Of a stretch of 64,000 nt of DNA, positions 59,438 to 64,000 are shown in pieces. The stretch's first letter is position 1, and each line of letters starts with the position of its first letter. This stretch comes from an uncultured Vicinamibacterales bacterium. Its GTDB lineage: Bacteria; Acidobacteriota; Vicinamibacteria; Vicinamibacterales; UBA8438. Both the position numbers and the translations under genes were made by a program. Under the pieces are notes generated by a model. It saw only the letters and a list, made by a program, of their open reading frames with translations, searched no databases and was not told the DNA's origin. Location: positions 4,034,887 through 4,098,886 of the forward strand of contig OY282382.1 of the NCBI GenBank assembly GCA_958295905.1, given 5' to 3'.

Positions 59438-60608
59438 TGCTGCGGTCGATCTCGGCGAGAGAGGCCGCCCCCGCGAACGCCATCGCCTGCTTCAGTTCCG
59501 CGTTGACGATCTCGAGCACCTTCTGCGCGCCCTGCTCGCCGAACGCCCCCAGCCCCCAGCGCGACGCGCGCCCGAGACAGACCGCATCGGCTCCCAGGGC
59601 CAGCGCCTTCAACACGTCGCCGCCCCGGCGGAACCCGCTGTCGATCAGCACCGGAACCCGCCCCCCCACCGCCTCGACCACCTCTTCCAACACCTCGAGA
59701 CTCGAGGGGCCGTAATCGAGAGCCCGGCCGCCGTGGTTCGACACGATGATGCCGTCCACCCCGTGCTCGAGACACTTCTTCGCCCCCTCGCCGGTCAGGA
59801 TCCCCTTGGCCAGCATCGGCACGTCGCACATCGGTCGGAGCTCGTCGAAGAGGGTCCACTCGTACCACAGCCGCCCGGCGCCCACGCGATACGGGTTCGG
59901 GGGGTTCGGCCGCTCCCGCCGCGTCACCCGGCGCGGAGCCCCGCCGAGGTGGCGGACGTGCAGGTCGCGCTCGTAGTAGGACGCCTGCTGATCGATGGTC
60001 ACCACGATCGTCTGCGCTCCGACCTCCTGCGCCGTGCCGAGGGCCTCCCGGTTCGACTCCATCCCGCGGGACGCATAGCGCTGGAACCAAAGCGGCCCCT
60101 CGGCGTCCCGGGCGATCCGCGGGAACGGGAAGCTCGACACGTTGCTGACGATCATCGTCGTGCCGGTGGCCGTCGCCGCCCGGTGCATGCCCAGCTCGCC
60201 GTCGGGATGCAGATCCCGCTGCCGCGCCGTCGGCGCGAGCATGACCGGGCTCGGCATCGCGTGCCCGAACAGCTCGGTCGAGGTGTCGACCGACGCCGCA
60301 TCGACCCCGCCGCGGCCGATCAGCTCCACCCAGTCGAACGCGTCGCGGTTGCGGTACAGCGTGAATTCCGATTCGGTGCCGTGCGCGGTGTAGTCGTACA
60401 CCGACAGCGGCACGTTGGCGCGAAAGATCGGCTCGAAATCGAAGACGTCACGCATCTCGTCGAACCCGAGAAACCGCCGGTGCGGGCCGAGCGGCCACGG
60501 GTCGCGTTGCGCATGGAGCAGCGGCGAAGCCGCCATGAACGACGCCAGCCCGCACAGCGCCCTTCTCCGGGACATTCCGCGACGCCATCGCTGCTCAATC
60601 TTTCCCAC
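59415..60608 (-). CDS. FMN-dependent alpha-hydroxy-acid oxidase/dehydrogenase with Tat-like leader
   Basis: KGIL, VSNHGGRALD, DSGFRRGGDVLKALALGA; N-terminal SRRRAL. Confidence 0.9.
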   Translation of the reverse strand: MGKIEQRWRRGMSRRRALCGLASFMAASPLLHAQRDPWPLGPHRRFLGFDEMRDVFDFEPIFRANVPLSVYDYTAHGTESEFTLYRNRDAFDWVELIGRGGVDAASVDTSTELFGHAMPSPVMLAPTARQRDLHPDGELGMHRAATATGTTMIVSNVSSFPFPRIARDAEGPLWFQRYASRGMESNREALGTAQEVGAQTIVVTIDQQASYYERDLHVRHLGGAPRRVTRRERPNPPNPYRVGAGRLWYEWTLFDELRPMCDVPMLAKGILTGEGAKKCLEHGVDGIIVSNHGGRALDYGPSSLEVLEEVVEAVGGRVPVLIDSGFRRGGDVLKALALGADAVCLGRASRWGLGAFGEQGAQKVLEIVNAELKQAMAFAGAASLAEIDRSIVKTNFP

Positions 60609-60771
60609 GATGCCTCCTGCGCTGGAGAGACCCGACGACCGGCCGGCAAACGGCCCGTGCCAGCGTCAGCAGTGTATCAGCAGATCTCCGTCCCGCACCC
60701 CCGCGCGCCGGCGTTGCGCAGGGTCGTGGGGCGGCTTTTCCGCCCCGGGCCCTCGTGGTGGCGCGCAGGTC

Positions 60772-61065
60772 TCACCGCCCCGGATCGGCGGTGGCGTACT
60801 CGATGAGCCGGCGCTGCAGGAGATCGTCGAGAAGCCGGTCCACGTCGCGTTCGAGCACGTCCCGGGGAACGTCGTAGTCGGCATGCACGCGGTCCACGAT
60901 CGCGCCTCGAGTCATTCGCTGCTCGATCAGGGTCCACACCGCGGCTCCAACCTCGTCGAGGCCGAGATAGCGCCCGGACCGCATGTCCACCAGGATGATC
61001 TGATCCCCCATGCGGGCGTAGTGGACCTGCTCGGATACCCTCAACCGCGTTCCTGTCGATCGCAT
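60772..61065 (-). CDS. Lasso peptide RRE (B1, PqqD-like)
   Basis: ILVDMRSGRYLGLDEVGAAVW..YDV..LERDV..LL..L; directly downstream of the cyclase; GGAGG upstream. Confidence 0.88.
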   Translation of the reverse strand: MRSTGTRLRVSEQVHYARMGDQIILVDMRSGRYLGLDEVGAAVWTLIEQRMTRGAIVDRVHADYDVPRDVLERDVDRLLDDLLQRRLIEYATADPGR

Positions 61066-61078
61066 CGCGCCTCCCGGT

Positions 61079-62977
61079 TCAGGCCGTATCGGCGTTCACC
61101 CACGGACGCCGCCGCCCCTGGAACGCGTGTTGCAGCCATGCGTCCAGGGTCAGGGTCGAGAGCAGTCCCCCGAGGTGCGCCGCATGTCCCTGGCGGGCCA
61201 ACTGCAGGGCGTTCAGCAGGCGATGGCGGTCGACGACGCCGAGGTCGACGAGCACCGACGACGCGACCACCTGCTCGAGGACCGGCCATTCCTTCCGCAG
61301 ACCGTTGTAGACCGCATGCCCCGTCGACGCGTTCCGGGTGCGGCATCTGACCCGCTCCGGCAGGATGCTCCGCATGGCGCGGCGCAGGACCGCCTTCGGC
61401 TCTCCCGGCGCCGCCTTCAGGCTCCACGGCGCCGCGAGGGCCAGCTCGACCAGCGGCCGGTGCAGGAAGGGATACCGTATGTCACAGGCCTTCTCCAGAT
61501 ATCCCCGCAGGAGGAATCCCGTGATCCAGGCGATCCGCTCGACGTGCCACTGATCGGCGGGTCCCCGACCCGCTCGCGGCATGTTCCCGTACCGGGCGCG
61601 ATCCCTCAGGTTCCAGGTGTCTGCGAAGCGGCCCGCGATCCAATCGTGCCCGGCGGGCGAATGGCCGTAGCTGATCAGAGGCCGGCCCACCAGCGGCCGC
61701 AGACAGTACCGGAACAGGAGGTTGCTCAACGGCATCTTCAGCACCCGCTGCCACCGATCCACCTCCCGCCCCAACTGCCCCAGCCGCCCGCGGCGCAGCA
61801 GATCGGCAAGATGCACGGGCTCCTGATGCTTGCTCAGGACGACCGCCTCGGCGCCGATGCCGCTCAGGAGCACCGGCACGCCGGGCCGCGCCATCAGCCG
61901 TCCGTACTGCTCGTGCACCCCGAAGAACGCGGCCGCCGAGTGCGGTTCATCCCAGTACCGCACGGCGTCCCGCAGCCGGCTGAACGGATGGTGGACGTCG
62001 CCCTCGATGTCGCGCCGCTCGACGTCGCTCGCCCGCGCGACTTCCGAGGCCCATTCCCGCTCGTCGCTCAACGTCGACTCGCCGAACACGACGGTGATCG
62101 CCGACAGCGACGGCCGGCCGCGGTGGCGGGCGGCCACGCTGACGATCGACGACGAGTCGAGCCCGCCCGAGAGGTCCGACCACACCACGTCGGACCCGGA
62201 CATCCGGCTCGCCACCGCGTCGGAGAACGTGTCCAGAAACTGGTCGACATGGTCCTCATCGTTACGGTGGAGACGGGCGCCTCCAGCGCGCCACTCCCAG
62301 TACCGCTCGATCCGGACGCGCCCGTGTTCGGCGATCAGACGGTGGCCGGGCTCGAGCCGCGACAGGCCGCGGTACGGCGTGCGGCCCGAGCTCGGGCGAT
62401 CCACGCCGAGGGCGAGCCGATCGGCCACGTACTCCAGGTCGAGCGGCGGGGTCTCGGGGCAGACGGCCAGCAGTTGCCCGAGCTGCGTGGCGAAACAGAC
62501 CCGGTCGTCCCGCACGAGCACGTACAGCGGCTGCACGCCGAGCGGGTCTCTCGCGCAGAGGAGCCGCCGGGCGCCGCTGTCCCACAGCCCGAACGCGAAG
62601 TCGCCGATCAGCCTCGACGCGCACGTGTCCCCCCAGGCGCGGTAGGCGGCGAGGGCCAGCCCGGCGTCGTCGACCGACGCATCGACACCGTGGACCGACA
62701 GGTCCGCCATCAACGCCCTGCGATTGTCGATTCGGCCGTCGAAGACGAGGACGCACTGCGCGCGGCCGTTGCTCGATGACCGCGCAACGGTCGGGCAAGC
62801 GGCATCGGCGGAAGCCGCGGTGCATGCGAGTCCGATGGACTCCCCTACCCAGTGGCTCCGGCGGCTCGAGACCAGGATTCTCGCGGCCTCGTTCATGCGC
62901 GCGACCGCCCGGCGCTCGACCGGCCCGCCGTCGAGCGCGTGGATGCCACCGACTGAGCGCAGGGTCGCACCGGCCAT
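61079..62977 (-). CDS. Lasso cyclase (asparagine synthetase-like C protein)
   Basis: DGRIDNR, GDFAF.LWD, ARDPLG, DLSGGLDSSSI ATP loop, RYPFL..LVE; no N-terminal Cys nucleophile. Confidence 0.88.
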   Translation of the reverse strand: MAGATLRSVGGIHALDGGPVERRAVARMNEAARILVSSRRSHWVGESIGLACTAASADAACPTVARSSSNGRAQCVLVFDGRIDNRRALMADLSVHGVDASVDDAGLALAAYRAWGDTCASRLIGDFAFGLWDSGARRLLCARDPLGVQPLYVLVRDDRVCFATQLGQLLAVCPETPPLDLEYVADRLALGVDRPSSGRTPYRGLSRLEPGHRLIAEHGRVRIERYWEWRAGGARLHRNDEDHVDQFLDTFSDAVASRMSGSDVVWSDLSGGLDSSSIVSVAARHRGRPSLSAITVVFGESTLSDEREWASEVARASDVERRDIEGDVHHPFSRLRDAVRYWDEPHSAAAFFGVHEQYGRLMARPGVPVLLSGIGAEAVVLSKHQEPVHLADLLRRGRLGQLGREVDRWQRVLKMPLSNLLFRYCLRPLVGRPLISYGHSPAGHDWIAGRFADTWNLRDRARYGNMPRAGRGPADQWHVERIAWITGFLLRGYLEKACDIRYPFLHRPLVELALAAPWSLKAAPGEPKAVLRRAMRSILPERVRCRTRNASTGHAVYNGLRKEWPVLEQVVASSVLVDLGVVDRHRLLNALQLARQGHAAHLGGLLSTLTLDAWLQHAFQGRRRPWVNADTA

Positions 62978-63064
62978 CGTATTGGATTGGATCAGCAGGG
63001 GCGAAGAGCCCGGAACGCCGTCCCCGCGGCACGGCCCGACGGCTCTTCGAATGCGGCGGGGCTC

Positions 63065-63201
63065 CGCCGGTCTACACCGGTTCGCCGGTCTACACCGGTT
63101 CGCCGGTCTACACCGGTTCGCCGGTCTACACCGGTTCGCCGGTCGAGCGGGGCTCCGCCAACTACACCGGTTCGCCGATCTACACCGGTTCGCCGGTCGA
63201 G
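63065..63201. repeat. 18-bp tandem repeat (CGCCGGTCTACACCGGTT), about 6 copies
   Basis: Four perfect adjacent copies plus two variants; the last overlaps the B2 stop codon. Confidence 0.92.
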
Positions 63202-63581
63202 AGGATCGGCACGTACGGCTCGTGCCGCCAATCGTCGGTCGAGTCGTCCAGCACTTCTCCCAGGCATTCGACCCAGGCATGGGCCCCGAAGGGAAAGCGC
63301 TTCACACCGATGCGCAGCGTCGCGGGAACGCCCCGCCACCGCAGGAGCACGAAGATGGCCAGAGCCCGCGGCAGACAGTCCAGGCGCCGGCGGTAGTAGT
63401 AGCGGGTCGCCGTCCGCACCGCCTCGAGGACCCGGAACGCCGTCCGCCGCCGGGCCGCCGGCGACGCGGCATCGACGGAGCGCCGCCCCCACCTGTCCAC
63501 GAACCGGAATACTCGCGGGAAGCCGAACACCCGGAAACCGGCATCCAGAAGAACGAAGACCAGAAGCGCCTGGATTGTCAT
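63180..63581 (-). CDS. Lasso leader peptidase (B2, transglutaminase-like)
   Basis: CLPRALA..LRIGV..PFGAHAWVE catalytic Cys/His pattern; AAGGA upstream. Confidence 0.92.
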   Translation of the reverse strand: MTIQALLVFVLLDAGFRVFGFPRVFRFVDRWGRRSVDAASPAARRRTAFRVLEAVRTATRYYYRRRLDCLPRALAIFVLLRWRGVPATLRIGVKRFPFGAHAWVECLGEVLDDSTDDWRHEPYVPILSTGEPV

Positions 63582-63669
63582 TGTTCCTTATTTCTGTGGA
63601 GCGCCCCCGAGGCATCGAGCAGGCAATCGACACTGTCGACTGCCTGCTCCGCCATCGCCCCCGCCCGAC

Positions 63670-63830
63670 CGCCCGCGGCGAACCCCGCGTCGCCCCGAGA
63701 GCGGCGGGGCGCCCGCCTGACAAGGCGCGAAGAAGACGGCGCCTATGGTGCGTATGCAACCGACGAACAACGCTGTTCAGGCGGGATGCGTCGCCGCTCG
63801 AACTGCCGCGGGGCCCCCGGCCGCGGGCCG
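63670..63830. mobile_element. MITE-like repeat family B, copy 3
   Basis: Termini GCCCGCGGC...GCCGCGGGC; internal CCGACGAACAACGCTGTTCAGGCGGG. Confidence 0.65.
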
Positions 63831-63834
63831 CCAA

Positions 63835-63975
63835 CTACGGCCAGAGTCCAAAATGCCCGCCGTTCTCTCCGTCCGTGCAGAAGCCGAGGCAGTCGCCCGT
63901 CATCACCTCGACGGCGCCGAAGTCGACGACGCGCGGCGCGACGTACGCCCTCTTTTGCTTTTTTTGAATCGCCAC
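63835..63975 (-). CDS. Lasso peptide precursor A (46 aa): MAIQKKQKRAYVAPRVVDFGAVEVMTG-DCLGFCTDGENGGHFGLWP
   Basis: Translated by hand; GGAGGA 5 nt before GTG; YxxP RRE-binding motif, Gly and Thr(-2) in the leader; Asp acceptor at core position 8; same strand as and upstream of B2-C-B1. Confidence 0.88.
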   Translation of the reverse strand: MAIQKKQKRAYVAPRVVDFGAVEVMTGDCLGFCTDGENGGHFGLWP

Positions 63976-64000
63976 TTCATTCCTCCCTGGTTCAAGAGAT

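Noticed and set aside
60772-61065. PqqD-like gene as PQQ biosynthesis or mycofactocin MftB (PQQ enzymes and an MftD-like oxidase are nearby)
   Set aside because: No pqqBCE or radical SAM gene; the adjacent B2 peptidase, cyclase and YxxP/Thr precursor identify it as a lasso RRE
62978-63280. N-terminal extension of the cyclase ORF (RPANRC repeats)
   Set aside because: It is read-through of the 18-bp tandem repeat and overlaps B2; homology starts near 62977
63905-63980. ATG at 63980 as the precursor start
   Set aside because: That frame gives MKWRFKKSKRGRTSRRASSTSAPSR* with no lasso motifs and abuts the RBS; GTG 63975 has proper spacing and the correct frame

Overview
High-GC bacterial chromosomal window. 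The gene repertoire suggests Acidobacteriota, probably Vicinamibacteria-like (inference, not a database result). Bases 1-36,300 are mostly housekeeping: thrC end, lolA plus a secretin, a peptidoglycan recycling operon (nagZ-ldcA-mpl-pxpB-pxpC-murB-murA) facing a divergent GHMP sugar kinase, ffh-rpsP-khpA-rimM-trmD-rplS-rnhB, RDD-pgpA-cinA-thpR-gpsA-ftsY-ribD-ribE-ribBA, ftcD, nrdR and purC. Bases 36,900-64,000 are accessory: exported redox and hydrolytic proteins (two PQQ dehydrogenases, a cytochrome c-fused copper monooxygenase-like protein, FG-GAP and LVIVD proteins, GGT, a Gln-variant B3 metallo-beta-lactamase, amidase, PLP decarboxylase), two toxin-antitoxin pairs and mobile-element scars. 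The best find is a lasso peptide cluster at the right edge (A-B2-C-B1). Its 46-aa precursor (63835-63975, minus strand) is missing from the ORF track, and its predicted core DCLGFCTDGENGGHFGLWP is unusual: Asp at position 1 and two Cys both inside the predicted ring. Three dispersed repeat families occur, one a MITE with perfect 12-bp terminal inverted repeats and a 9-bp target duplication. No rRNA, tRNA or CRISPR array was recognised. Start codons were chosen by eye and some are approximate.
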